A stretch of 64,000 nt of DNA from Laetmonice hystrix (Eukaryota). This document shows, in pieces, positions 49,901 to 62,259 of this stretch. Each line of letters opens with the position of its first letter. The first letter of the stretch is position 1. The stretch spans positions 54,872,001 through 54,936,000 of the forward strand of contig OZ249436.1 of the NCBI GenBank assembly GCA_965235115.1. Reading direction: 5' to 3'. Below the pieces are notes generated by a model, which was not told the DNA's origin, did not search any database, and worked only from the letters and a program-made list of their open reading frames with translations. Made by a program: the position numbers and the translations under genes.

Positions 49901-52900
49901 TCTAATTGTTACCTTTTTTTCTTTTTAGGTTGTGTGAGGTAAAGATTTTAATTGGAAGAACTCACCAGTTTATATCAAGACCGTTCGTCTCTAACACGGC
50001 TTTGGCCGCATCCATATCCTGGTGTTCTACGGCATCAAACAGGGCTGGAAAAAGAGGGAGCAAAACAGAGAATGAGCCCAAGACAAGAGCTAGCAATCGG
50101 ATCCCAACCTAAACGGCCTTGGCCATTAAGGCCATTTTGTACGCGACTTTTTGCCTACTGTTTAATTTGATTCGATTTCGAATTCAAAGGACGGAACCAA
50201 GATTCAGAATTAGGTGTCACTGGTTAGCGTAAACGATAACTTTTCCAAATTTAAAGTTGATCATATAATCATTCTATACGCACCTTGAACTTCATATGTT
50301 AACCTCCGACCCTCGATGCCTTTCCGGATTTTGCTACCTGCATAGGCAAAGCAAAGTACATCGTGTAATGAGTTACACGGTTACGAGGCAAAGCAAAGTA
50401 CAGCGTGTATAAAGTTACACGGTGAGCAAGGGTGAGCTGAGCTGAGCTGAGCAAGGGTGAGCATGAGCTCATGCTCACCGTTTTCGTGTTTTTTTTTCGC
50501 ATAAGCTTGCTCACCATGAACATGCCTCATGGAAAAAAAAACAAACATAAAACACGAAATGGGGCTACATCACGGTGGAAAAGTAGACATTTAGTTTTAT
50601 AACACGCCTACTTTCTTTTCTGCGCTCTGATTGGTCGGTTCCTGGTCACGTGGTCCGAATCATTTTAATGCTGTCTCATGCTTTACCGGGCAATAGTTGT
50701 CGAACTATTGCCCATGGGAAATAGTTTGACAAATCGTTGCGTGATAGCAATAGGCCTACCTTGCCTGCAGACAATAGCGGACGACTTTTCCGCACTGACA
50801 AGGGTTTTGAATTTATATGAAAGAGAGATTCAGATCTAGGAGTAGGCCTAGATAGGAGCTAGTGGCATCACAGTGAGTGACGTCTAATTAACGTAGGCCA
50901 CACTCACAGGCAGAAAACTAAAAATAACTCACCCAGTCGCTGGGAATCGCTGTTTACTTTTGAATGAAATGCATGTAGGTATGGCGTGGGCGTGTTATAA
51001 AACACATGTTGACTGGCCTTATTCGGGCAACAGCATAAGTCTGTTCCCCCCTCGGGCCATGTTGATCACCCCCAAAATCAATCTATTTCCCTCGGGCGAT
51101 GCCCTCGGGAAATAGATTGATTTTGGGGTGATCAACATGACCCTCGGGGGGAACAGACGTATGCTGTTGCCCTCTTGACCAGTCAACATGTGTATACTAA
51201 CCGGGCCCTGATGTTCCCAGCGCAAAACTGGACCCTCAAGGCCTTCATAGGAATTTCAACACACAGATTAAGCGCTAGCTGGCGTTGAACTGAATGTGTT
51301 TGCCCGAGTATTTTAATTGTGCACAAAAACTGTGACGTCGTGTTTCTATAAATAGTATTGTCGAAATGTTAATCGGTAAGGAATTGGAAAAATCGGGCGT
51401 TTCCAGGAACAAGCAAAAACAAAAATCTGTAAATTTTCGATTTTTCAGGTGCTTCCCAATATTAGGCCTATACCCAGAAATCATCCTCCGTTTGAAAAGG
51501 GGACCATCACTCCCTCGGGAGGGGTTAAAATAAAATTGCGGAGGGCGGGGCTGGGGCTACATACCGGAGGCGCGCCTGGACAGCCGGCCGGGGAGGTTAG
51601 GGGACGAGGCGCCGCTTGTCTTTCCCAGTTTGGACGGCAGGCTGGGCGAGGTGGGAATGGAGAGGGACCGTTCGCTCGGTGTGGTCGCCTCGGCTGGCAG
51701 ATTCATTAGCGATCGTCGCCCATCGCCACTGTAAAGACAACCAACAACACACCGTCACAACTCAGGACAACCATCCACGCTGACTTGACATTTTGTCGCA
51801 AGGTGAATTGATATCTAGAACGACATCGTATCTATAAATCTGACAAAATTATTTCATTTTAGAAATCTTAGAAAATTGTAAAGGTCATATGGGAAAAATT
51901 CGTAGAATTTCTGCTATTTTTCTTGCGATACGATCTACATACGTCGCAAGCGACTATTTGACGACCGCTTTGAAATGGGCAGAGCTGTGTGAGCCTTTCC
52001 CTGACTAACTCCTCGCAACATTTCTCACACCATCGGTATCCTGATAAATGACTCAGCAGGCCTATAATACTATCGGTGCCCTACCACAGATTAACTGCCA
52101 ATCACCGTATTTTACTCACTTACACGGCCGTTTGATCCGTACAGGGTTCCGAAACACTCTTAACATAACCCCACCCCTCCACGAACGTCGACTACTTGGG
52201 GTAAATCCTATCACCACACCATGCCATTTCTGTCTTTTAATTTATTTATCTATTTATAATTATCTTTTAGTACAATAAGGTAAATGGTGTAAATTTCTGA
52301 CATCAAGAAGATTTTGACCACAACCACGAGGGTCTCCTAAAGCTGGCCCTTCACGCACCTGAGCGGGGAACAAGGAGATCTCCCAATTTGGGAAACACTC
52401 CATGCTTTAAAACGCAAAAAAAACCCCAAATCTGTGTGATGTAGGTACATGTACTTCAATTGTTTGTAGTAATACTGATATCTCTAGTACGTGTACTATC
52501 CACAGTAAAGTCATGTCAGTTTGATCAGTGTCAGTCTCATGCTACCTGACACTTCCCCCAGTGACAAGGCACATGCACCTTAACCTAAGTCAGGGTGGTA
52601 TCCGTTAGGGTTATAGTTCCATGCTCTACAGGAGTTAAGTCACTACTTTCATCATGTATCAGTGTTTTGTGGGGCAAGATGGGGTGGGGGATCAGAAGGT
52701 GGCATTCCAACAGATGTAGAAGTGATTGCCAAGAGGCTTCAGTTTTTGTTAGTAAAACAAGACCCTTTCCATCGCCAAGGAATTTAAATAAGTATGAAGC
52801 TATTCAAATCAACAAGCCAAATTTTACATGAGATGAGACAAAAAAATTCTGTTGTGTCTCCTCAGCTTGAAAATGGCAGCGTCATCGAACCAATAGTTTC

Positions 52901-55900
52901 ATGTGACGCAGAACGTCTTGTGTCACAATCAAGTGAAAATCTCGTGAAAACTGTGGCAATTAGAACAAAAAGGCGTTTTACCCCAGGGGGCGTTTTACCC
53001 CCAGTGACATATAAGAATCAGTGGCCGATCCAGTGGGTGGTGAAGGGGTTGCAAGCCCCCCCCCCCCCCCCCATGACGTAAGGTTCAAACCAAGCATAGA
53101 GTCTACACCCCTTCTTGGCAGTCCCCCCCCCATTTGGCGCCAACCTGGATCCGTTCCTGCATGGGATTGGGAATACTATACAAATTTATGTAATGAACAA
53201 AATATTGGGGGGGGGGGGGGCTGATCCAAGCATTTGGGAAAGGGACTGCAGAGATAAAGTTAAGGTAAAATTCAGCGAGCGCCAAAGGCGTGAGCCCTTC
53301 CAGCGGCTTGGAGTCCGGAGGCCCTCCCTTGGGGAAAAACAAATATGGAAGGCAAAATACCCCCGCTATTTCCCGGCATCTGGAGACCAATTTGCAGCCT
53401 ACTGTGACAATTTTTTTTGGGGGGGGGGCCTAGCTACGGCCTTGGCTGTCAATATTTAGGAACCCCTACCCCCCTAAGAGTCCCGCAGCGCCATGCATAG
53501 CTATAGGCGCGAAGCGCACAAGCCCCGCAGGCACAAAGTAGGCCTACTAGTAGTATAGCACACGCGGCCAAAGGTGCGAAGTGCTGAGAGCGCAAAGCCT
53601 AGTTAGGCGGGTCCAGGGTCATGGGCCCCAGAAAAAATTGGAATTTAAGGTGTATTTTGGTGACATCTGGTGCATTTTGGAGCACAAAATAACTGGAGTT
53701 AGGAAGATCTTGGACTGTAGGGCAGGTGGGGGTGCAGGGTGGGAGTGCTTGCCACCTTTTGAAGTTAGGGGGAGCTTGGGCGGGGGGAGGGGGGGGGTGC
53801 GTATACGCACCCTGCGCACCCCCTGGCTACGGGCCACTACGTGACCTTGACATTTGGATGGCGCATGTTCTCATTTACAAATCAGACGGGTCCTATGTAA
53901 TTGTAAAAATGCAGGAAAAAGGTGAGCCAGAAAAATATTAGCCGTGAGGACACAACAGTAGGCAAGCCAGTAGGCCTACCTGTGGCAGAGGAAGAGGTGC
54001 GAAATTCAGACTCAGAGGAGGTGGTGGATGTCGTCGGCGCAGGAGGGGACCAACCAAATGATCGGGACAGTGAACGGCGCCCTTCGTGGAAAGAGGGCGA
54101 TTTATTTATGAGTAAAGATCTCCCCCTTTAAAAAAAGGGGGGAAAGAAAATCCACTTGGACACGTGACACAATGGACTACACATTTTTCTTAGAAAAGAA
54201 AAGGTTCAACAAAATTAAGACGACTGGGGTTATTAAGCACCAATGGCAAACTTTACGTAATAGCAAGCATTCCCATTTTGAGACAGCAATCTCCACATTA
54301 CAAAAACAAGGCAGGTCATTAGAACTGATAAATACGCAATTAAGGTAGATAATTGTACCGGTAGGAATTCTACCATGTCTTGGTGATATAAATCCTGAGT
54401 GAATATTATATTTATAACTTAATTGACGTTTTGTAATCGAAGCTAACATTATCAAAACGAATGTTTCTTGCCTCGTGTCGATCCGACACGTGCCCATTAT
54501 CTGGGATCGCAGTGGCAGTGGGCGAAATGGAATTGGCGGGTCTCATTAATTGGCGGTTGGCGTTGGCCCAGTGCTAACGTAACCCAATACCGGCCTATGG
54601 GGGACCAAACACGTGCGTACAGGTTGAGTGACAGTCACCGGCAGCTGGTAACCTCTAGTCTCCAGCACCAAGCTCATCCATTGGCCGGCAGCCGGCAGTC
54701 CATAAAGTACGTAATTTAGTCCATGTAGAATCATACTGTTCACTTCCTTGCTAGTTTAACATATCGAGATGCCCCTCCGGAGACCAATTTAAAAAATAAA
54801 TACAAATACCATAGAAAAAAATGTATCGCCTTTTCTCAGATTCACTTTCTTCAAGTTCAAGGGTGGTGAGGATTTTCTCTTCCTTTTAAAACGTACGTGT
54901 GATGCCTGATTGTGCATGATTTGTTGGTGAACCAGTGATCTTCGGTTAAAACGTGTGGTACATCTAATAATATACGCTAAGCCTACAGCGCTGAACTGGC
55001 TTTTACCATGACCGCTGGTGGCAGGCATAAGCATTTTACAGCTTATTGTGAATTTACAGCTTATTGTGAGTTTACAAACTATACGCAGGCATGTGGAGAA
55101 GCTATTCTACATCTGTGGCTACCGATGTCATGTTTTAATTGTAAACAAATCATTTACACGACAGAAGCATCTTAGTGATCATGTTAGTGCTAATTGCAGT
55201 GGCGATAACTTGAAACCTATAGTAAAGCCTCACAGCTCTGCATTTGGAGGTTGTGGTTATGAAATAGGCATGCAGACCACGGTTGGTGGGGGTTTGAGGT
55301 GGGGTGGGTGGAGAGGCTGTAACTTACCCGGCGCCTTCGTCTTGTAGGCTATAAACGATCGGTAAAGACAAACATCATCCTCCATACACACGCATCAAAT
55401 AGGTTAACGCACACCAACATCACTAATACTACATACACACGTTTCTCACAAGTGATACTATAAAGGCCTCACACACGTTTTCTTCATTCACCGAATACGT
55501 TAAGTATATTAACTGCCATGGTCATTCAATGCCAACACGAAGGTACAAGGTTAGCACACACTTTTTGCAGTCAACCTACTACTAGGGTGGTTACCCACAC
55601 CATGCTGTATTCAGATTTTAACACCAGAAGAGGTTTTATTTATTGAGTACAGATCAGTCATTCAATCAGATACCAAGAAGGTCACTGGGATTATTGATTT
55701 CGCTCAATTACTTCACGCGCCGACCCCTCGGATTCCCCCAATTCTACGGTATAACTTAACACTAACTACATGGAAACATAGATAATTACCATGACTCAAT
55801 CTTCCGACAGGAACATTGAGACGACATTCAAATTTTCTCCCCTCCAATTTGAAATATAATCTCCAAAGACTTTGGGAATTCATTGGGAAACTTACGAACG

Positions 55901-58593
55901 AACACATCAAACTTCCTATGCCTTTCAAAACCAATATAAACCTTGTCGCCGGGGTTCTTACCCAGACGGCAATTATTGATTGAGATATAACTGAACTGAC
56001 TAACACAGGAGGTATAGACTGTACTCAGTTCAGATTGTTTGAGATATAACTGAACTGACTAACACAGGAGGTATAGACTGTACTCGGGACAGATTGTTTG
56101 AGATATAACTGAACTGACTAACACAGGAGGTATAGACTGTACTCGGGACAGATTGTTTGAGATATAACTGAACTGACTAACACAGGAGGTATAGACTGTA
56201 CTTAGTTCAGATTGTTTGAGATATAACTGAACTGACTAACACAGGAGGTATAGACTGTACTCAGTTCAGATTGTTTGAGATATAACTGAACTGACTAACA
56301 CAGGAGGTATAGACTGTACTCAGTTCAGATTGTTTGAGATATAACTGAACTGACTAACACAGGAGGTATAGACTGTACTCAGTTCAGATTGTTTGAGATA
56401 TAACTGAACTGACTAACACAGGAGGTATAGACTGTACTCAGTTCAGACTGTTTGAGATATAACTGAACTGACTAACACAGGAGGTATAGACTGTACTCAG
56501 TTCAGATTGTTTGAGATATAACTGAACTGACTAACACAGGAGGTATAGACTGTACTCAGTTCAGATTGTTTGAGATATAACTGAACTGACTAACACAGGA
56601 GGTATAGACTGTACTCAGTTCAGATTGTTTGAGATATAACTGAACTGACTAACACAGGAGGTATAGACTGTACTTAGTTCAGATAACTGAACTGACTAAC
56701 ACAGGAGGTATAGACTGTACTCAGTTCAGATTGTTTGAGATATAACTGAACTGACTAACACAGGAGGTATAGACTGTACTCAGTTCAGACTGTTTGAGAT
56801 ATAACTGAACTGACTCTAACACAGGAGGTATAGACTGTACTCAGTTCAGATTGTTTGAGATATAACTGAACTGACTAACACAGGAGGTATAGACTGTACT
56901 CAGTTCAGATTGTTTGAGATATAACTGAACTGACTAACACAGGAGGTATAGACTGTACTCAGTTCAGACTGTTTGAGATATAACTGAACTGACTAACACA
57001 GGAGGTATAGACTGTACTCAGTTCAGATTGTTTGAGCTATAACTGAACTGACTAACACAGGAGGTATAGACTGTACTCAGTTCAGATTGTTTGAGATATA
57101 ACTGAACTGACTAACACAGGAGGTATAGACTGTACTCAGTTCAGATTGTTTGAGCTATAACTGAACTGACTAACACAGGAGGTATAGACTGTACTCAGTT
57201 CAGATTGTTTGAGCTATAACTGAACTGACTAACACAGGAGGTATAGACTGTACTCAGTTCAGATTGTTTGAGATATAACTGAACTGACTAACACAGGAGG
57301 TATAGACTGTACTCAGTTCAGATTGTTTGAGATATAACTGAACTGACTCTAACACAGGAGGTATAGACTGTACTCAGTTCAGATTGTTTGAGATATAACT
57401 GAACTGACTCTAACACAGGAGGTATAGACTGTACTCAGTTCAGACTGTTTGAGATATAACTGAACTGACTAACACAGGAGGTATAGACTGTACTCAGTTC
57501 AGACTGTTTGAGATATAACTGAACTGACTAACACAGGAGGTATAGACTGTACTCAGTTCAGATTGTTTGAGATATAACTGAACTGACTAACACAGGAGGT
57601 ATAGACTGTACTCAGTTCAGATTGTTTGAGATATAACTGAACTGACTAACACAGGAGGTATAGACTGTACTCAGTTCAGATTGTTTGAGCTATAACTGAA
57701 CTGACTAACACAGGAGGTATAGACTGTACTCAGTTCAGATTGTTTGAGCTATAACTGAACTGACTAACACAGGAGGTATAGACTGTACTCAGTTCAGATT
57801 GTTTGAGATATAACTGAACTGACTAACACAGGAGGTATAGACTGTACTCAGTTCAGATTGTTTGAGATATAACTGAACTGACTCTAACACAGGAGGTATA
57901 GACTGTACTCAGTTCAGATTGTTTGAGATATAACTGAACTGACTCTAACACAGGAGGTATAGACTGTACTCAGTTCAGACTGTTTGAGATATAACTGAAC
58001 TGACTAACACAGGAGGTATAGACTGTACTCAGTTCAGACTGTTTGAGATATAACTGAACTGACTAACACAGGAGGTATAGACTGTACTCAGTTCAGATTG
58101 TTTGAGATATAACTGAACTGACTAACACAGGAGGTATAGACTGTACTCAGTTCAGATTGTTTGAGATATAACTGAACTGACTAACACAGGAGGTATAGAC
58201 TGTACTCAGTTCAGATTGTTTGAGATATAACTGAACTGACTAACACAGGAGGTATAGACTGTACTCAGTTCAGATTGTTTGAGATATAACTGAACTGACT
58301 AACACAGGAGGTATAGACTGTACTCAGTTCAGACTGTTTGAGATATAACTGAACTGACTAACACAGGAGGTATAGACTGTACTCGGGACAGAGCTGGCAA
58401 TTCGTTTCACACCAGTGCAGTGGGCCTGTAGAAGCGGACACCAAGCAAGAAGTCTCATACTCACCAGTCTAGGCTGACAGATCGCTGTCGGAGGGCCTTT
58501 CTCCTGTCTTCTGTATTCCGCCTCTCTTTTTGACTGAGCCGCCGTGCCAACCGGGACAATCCCCCTTTTGTACTCGACGACCTGTCCAGTCGA
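37970..58593 (-). CDS. ANKFN1: Ankyrin repeat and fibronectin type III domain protein (wide awake/ANKFN1-like) with C-terminal Ras-association-like domain; 5' end unresolved
   Basis: Exons 58593-58465, 51728-51565, 50337-50284, 50044-49966, 42932-42829, 42603-42388, 42092-41979, 41270-41082, 40860-40172, 39896-39730, 39597-39290, 39045-38945, 38710-37970. All GT-AG and phase-consistent, ~1017 aa. Ankyrin repeats ALFDAVEHQDMDAAK and LTSLDVAIMTNHVPIARMLLQHGA; FN3 EPDCPLNVTL...YYVRVLAWNMKGFG; DFHWLMKIACTWEDVK; RA-like GVLRVFAAYDTGLTKGTSVKLHVTPRTTSREVI. The three 5'-most exons are less certain. Confidence 0.9.
41269..41478. repeat. 40-bp tandem repeat (~5 copies) overlapping an ANKFN1 splice acceptor
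   Basis: Unit CACTGTAACACATATCACACAATACCAGTGAGATCTACTA. Confidence 0.9.
42955..43042. repeat. 22-bp tandem repeat x4
   Basis: CAATGTAAGAATGGGACACTCA. Confidence 0.9.
44589..44938. mobile_element. MITE (Harbinger-like ends)
   Basis: GCCTGGGTCCCACTAGGA ... TCCTAGTGGGACCTCGGC with TAA/TTA-like flanks. Confidence 0.55.
44940..45570. mobile_element. Kolobok-like non-autonomous element interrupted by a SINE
   Basis: TTAA|AGGAAATAGGTCACG left end; the right part is the inverted match to 3845-4046, ending CGTGACATA. Confidence 0.6.
45214..45364 (-). mobile_element. 5'-truncated SINE (same family as 20721-20885)
   Basis: Reverse complement of ~20734-20884 with one visible mismatch. Confidence 0.8.
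45574..45892. mobile_element. MITE, GGATCC-TIR family, 5-bp TSD
   Basis: TACAA|CAGTGGGGGATCCAGG...CCGGATCCCCCAGTG|TACAA. Confidence 0.85.
47275..47460. repeat. G-rich ~22-25-bp degenerate tandem repeat
   Basis: GGGGGTAGGCAGGGCCAGGA(T/G)GGGG repeated; explains the Pro-rich ORFs in the track. Confidence 0.85.
50595..51197. mobile_element. Non-autonomous element with nested inverted repeats and a ~190-bp terminal hairpin (Crypton-like architecture)
   Basis: TTTTATAACACGCC (50595) / GGCGTGTTATAAAA (~50989), then a hairpin at 51002-51193 with repeated CCCTCGGG bulges. Confidence 0.55.
55981..58392. repeat. 59-bp tandem satellite, ~41 copies, in an ANKFN1 intron
   Basis: Unit GAGATATAACTGAACTGACTAACACAGGAGGTATAGACTGTACTCAGTTCAGATTGTTT, head to tail, no spacers. 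Confidence 0.98.
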
Positions 58594-58650
58594 CTGAAAA
58601 CACACAAAACAACAAGACAACTTTAGCAACCAATCAGAACTTATTCACCG

Positions 58651-58828
58651 TTATTATCCCGTTCGTCCGACTGAGGAACGGGATCCTGAAATTGTACGGT
58701 TTGGGTGTACACTATTATTATCCCGTTCCTCCGACTGAGGAACGGGATCCTGAAATTGTACGGTTTGGGTGTACACTATTATTGGCATCCTGAAATTGTA
58801 CGGTTTGGGTGTACACTATTATTATTAT
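58651..58828. repeat. ~65-bp tandem repeat containing a hairpin (resembles the 5' end of a Helentron-associated element)
   Basis: TTATTATCCCGTTC.TCCGACTGAGGAACGGGATCCTGAAATTGTACGGTTTGGGTGTACACTA x~2.5. Confidence 0.75.
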
Positions 58829-59530
58829 GCCACTCACATACAAATAAACACCGCGACACCACGATATATATACTGACCGTCCTTGAATACAATGAGGATG
58901 AGGAACTCGTCCCCCTTTTATACGATTACCACTTTGCCCTCGATGAGATCACCCCACCTTTCCGTGATGAACAACAATATCGCACGGACGGCCAGATGAC
59001 CCCCCCCCCCCACCCTCCTTACAACCAACCCAAGGCCCTGGGGCCATTGTTGTGGCGGACCGCACCGACGCTGACACACCTCTTTAGTTTCGTTAACCTA
59101 CATCAGACTGACCAGCCAATATAATTATTCTGATGACTCGCTTTGTCCAACAAAGACGTGCAAAAGCAATTCCCTGAAGTGTATCAATCTAGGCCTGCAT
59201 CTAGTTCTGTACATCCTCGGCACATATTCCTGGAAGTCTTTGTCTGGCTTGTAATCATTACGATTCACCTGGAAAGACTTCACCCAGTTATTTAAACGTG
59301 ATCCCTCCTACATCATTTTGAAGTGTCATCACACAAGGTCCCACTCTACTCGACACGCAGGGCCCGGCTGTCATAAATACTGACAATAATAAACGACATT
59401 ACATTAACTGGTAAAAAGAGGATGACGCAAGCAAGCCCTTCTTAGTTTCCCGCTAATCCCTGGAAAGAATCTCTCCACGGCACTGGTCCACTCCGCTGTC
59501 GTGACGACGTTAGCTCTCATTTACAGTAAT

Positions 59531-59923
59531 CACTGGCGGATCCAGGGGGGGGGGGTTCAGGGGGTTCGAACCCCCCCTAAAATTTTGCAGATACACACAT
59601 TCTAACTTAACATTAGAATTTAGAAGTATCTTTTCTTTCAGTCGCAAGATAAAAACCACCTAAAAAAATTTTGGCCTCGCTACGCTCGGCATGATTTCAT
59701 GCTATAGCCAAAGATGCTGTTGGAATTGAGGAGGCCCTTTTGCCCTTGGTCACATTGGTCAAAATTTTCCGGGGGGGATGCCTCCGGACCCCCAAGCAAG
59801 GCTGCGCGCCTTCGGCGCTTGCAGACTTAGCGCTTTCGGCGCTCGTACAGTCACGTTGGTGTTACACCTAAACACGTTGAACCCCCCCCCCCCCCCCAAC
59901 GGAAAAAGCTGGATCCGCCCCTG
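59531..59923. mobile_element. MITE, GGATCC-TIR family, 5-bp TSD
   Basis: GTAAT|CACTGGCGGATCCAG...CTGGATCCGCCCCTG|GTAAT. Confidence 0.8.
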
Positions 59924-60249
59924 GTAATATTTACGTACACAGACATTGTCCGACCAAATACCTGCAGACAGCTCCCGCCGTCTCTTTGCCCCTTACCTGG
60001 GTCAGGCTAATGGACAGTGATCACCTCGCCTGTCTCAAACATTACCGCATTGCGGCCTCCTCATGACCAAACCCACGCGATGCTTACTGACAGCAAGACC
60101 CTGGCCTTCTAGGTTTATCGTTCGGACAACCCAATCGGCCCATGTAAATAAACACTTTACTTCATAAACATCATCTCATGGTGCTCTTCATGGCGAACTC
60201 TCAGGTGAAATATGACCGGCGGAATAAGACGGTCAACACTTACAATGAG

Positions 60250-61290
60250 GAACAAAAGAGGCGTACATTGTATTAGGTTGGTATCATGTTCCAGTGGCAG
60301 ATGTAAATATCACCTCATTGCCCCTTGTTTGGGAGCCGCGGACCTTCCTGTCTATATATATATATTATTTATTCGTACGAAAATGTACAATATATTATTA
60401 CATGCTAGCTAATACTATATGGGAACATATTTTGGAATTTTGGAGATATAAATCATTGGAAATATGCATGACCTTGTTTGACCTTTATAAACCACCCAAT
60501 GGCGTTATCATTCACCATTTTCAAGATATAAGCCAAAACAGTGTCATTTTGGGGGTCAAGAAACAAATATGACCGCAATGTCGCCATTTTGGATCTAAAA
60601 TTTCACTGTGATACATATAGGGCGTGCAAGTCTCGCGTCCTTGACCCCTAAATGACCCGAAATAGCCTCGAAACGCGTCACGTTGGTCCCTTAAAGATTG
60701 TTACGTCACATTGGTTTAACATGGGATGAGAAAACACACTTTCAAACATCGACCAGATTTTTGTCAGTTTTGACATCTAAGACATGAAATGTATTCTTTC
60801 ATACGTAAAATAGGTTGGTGCTCTTGTTTTGTAAGTTACAAGAATGAAAGCGCCCTATCTATGAAATAATAATATGTAGAAGTTGAGAGTTGCCGGCTCC
60901 TATGGGAGTCGCAATGCTAAAGTGACGAGGTTACGACACGTTAGGACCAAAGCCGGCCGTTTTCGGGTTTTCTCACGTTTTCTCTTGACCCACTTGCACA
61001 CTCTATTGGCCATCATTATGCCTCGTCCCTGCACCATGTTTAAAAGAAATCGCGATTGTTTTGGCTGAGTTATTGCTCAAAATGTGTTTACATCCAAGAT
61101 GGCCTCCAAGCGGCCATTTTAAATGATATCAAAAATCTGTTTGACGTGCATCATCCTCATTTCACCCCTGATCATTATGTGAAGTTTCAAAGAAATCGAC
61201 ACATACCCTTCTGAGAAATCGCTGTCTACGGACATACGTACGGACGGACGGACGGACGGACGTAGGCCTACATCCGTACGTGGGGGTAAC
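60250..61290 (-). mobile_element. Probable Helentron-associated (HINE/DINE-1-like) non-autonomous element
   Basis: Minus strand begins TTACCCCC, carries a (GTCC)n microsatellite at ~61240-61262 and GAAACTTCAC/AAAATGGC motifs. Boundaries approximate. Confidence 0.45.
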
Positions 61291-61896
61291 CAGAGCCAGT
61301 GAGGCTGGCCCAATCACACCTGTTGTTTTGTATGCCAGTAGTGGTCTCAGGTATAAGACTTGACAGGCGTTGTGATTGCTAAAGTTTCACGACCACTCAG
61401 AAGTTTGTATGAATACGATTTCAGTTTTTGTATGTGTTTAAGCACCTGTTGTACTCTACGTGTCGGGGGAGATATTGTCCTAGGGGGATATTGTCAATTG
61501 GGGATATTGACGCGGGGGTATTGACTAGGGGGATACTGTCCAGGAGGGTGATATTGTCCTGGGGTGATATTGTCCCGGGTGATATTGGCGGGGTGTATTA
61601 TCCTAGAACCACAATCCACACCATTCACACTAGCGTACAATGCGCATCGGAGAATGTGATTTTTTCACACTACAGAGAATAGAATGCGGTTCTTTTCACA
61701 CTAGAAGCGAAGTAAAGCGCCTCACCCCAGTGTTATAACGGGGAGAGCAATATCTTTTTTAGCCGCTACAAGTAGAGGTTGCAACGAGTTTCCAGGGTTT
61801 GTTTTGGTGGGGGCCAACTCTCGCCGTCTTAATTCGGTTCGCTTCGTTTCCATTCACACTCGCGTCAAATAGCGAACCGAAGCGTATTTTAGACGG

Positions 61897-62259
61897 GGGG
61901 GCCCGGGGGGGGGGCCCGGGGGGGGGGGGCCGGGGGGGGGGCCGGGGGGGGGCCGGGGTGGCGCAGTGGTTAGAGCACGGGACCTTTGATCCAAGGGTCG
62001 TGGGTTCGATCCGCGGCCGCGCCGGACTTTCCTGCATAAGCAGTGCTGCCGACTGCTTTATCATGTGGAGGGGCACGTTAAAGATCCCTTGGCACCTATC
62101 GATAAGAGTAGGGGTTCGCCCCGATGCCAGGTTTCCTCCTATCATCTCATTATCACCCAATGGATTTCACCGACTGAGTTAGTTACCTTGTTCTCGCCCT
62201 GAAATAGCTGAAATACTGCTGACTGGGCGTTAAACACCAACTTACTCACTCACCCCCTC
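61897..62259 (+). mobile_element. Full-length tRNA-derived SINE (Meta-domain-like core) with 15-bp TSD
   Basis: Head GCCGGGGTGGCGCAGTGGTTAGAGCAC...GGTTCGATCC; core GGCACGTTAAAGATCCC...CGATAAGAGTAGGG; tail GGCGTTAAACACCAAC(TCAC)n. TSD GCGTATTTTAGACGG at 61882-61896 and 62260-62274. Confidence 0.85.

Noticed and set aside
53922..54131. Acidic + strand ORF (EEEVRNSDSEEVVDVV)
   Set aside because: Short, antisense within an intron, among TE fragments; no identifiable domain.
55981..58392. CRISPR-like array
   Set aside because: Monomers are head to tail with no unique spacers, there are no cas genes, and the context is a eukaryotic intron; it is a satellite.
58877..60040. Donor-like sites (58877, ~59996) as upstream ANKFN1 coding exons
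   Set aside because: In the required phase both have an in-frame stop and no ATG; they could be non-coding exons but are unsupported.
61952..62025. tRNA gene
   Set aside because: It is the tRNA-derived head of a SINE, followed by core, tail and TSD; the acceptor stem does not close cleanly.
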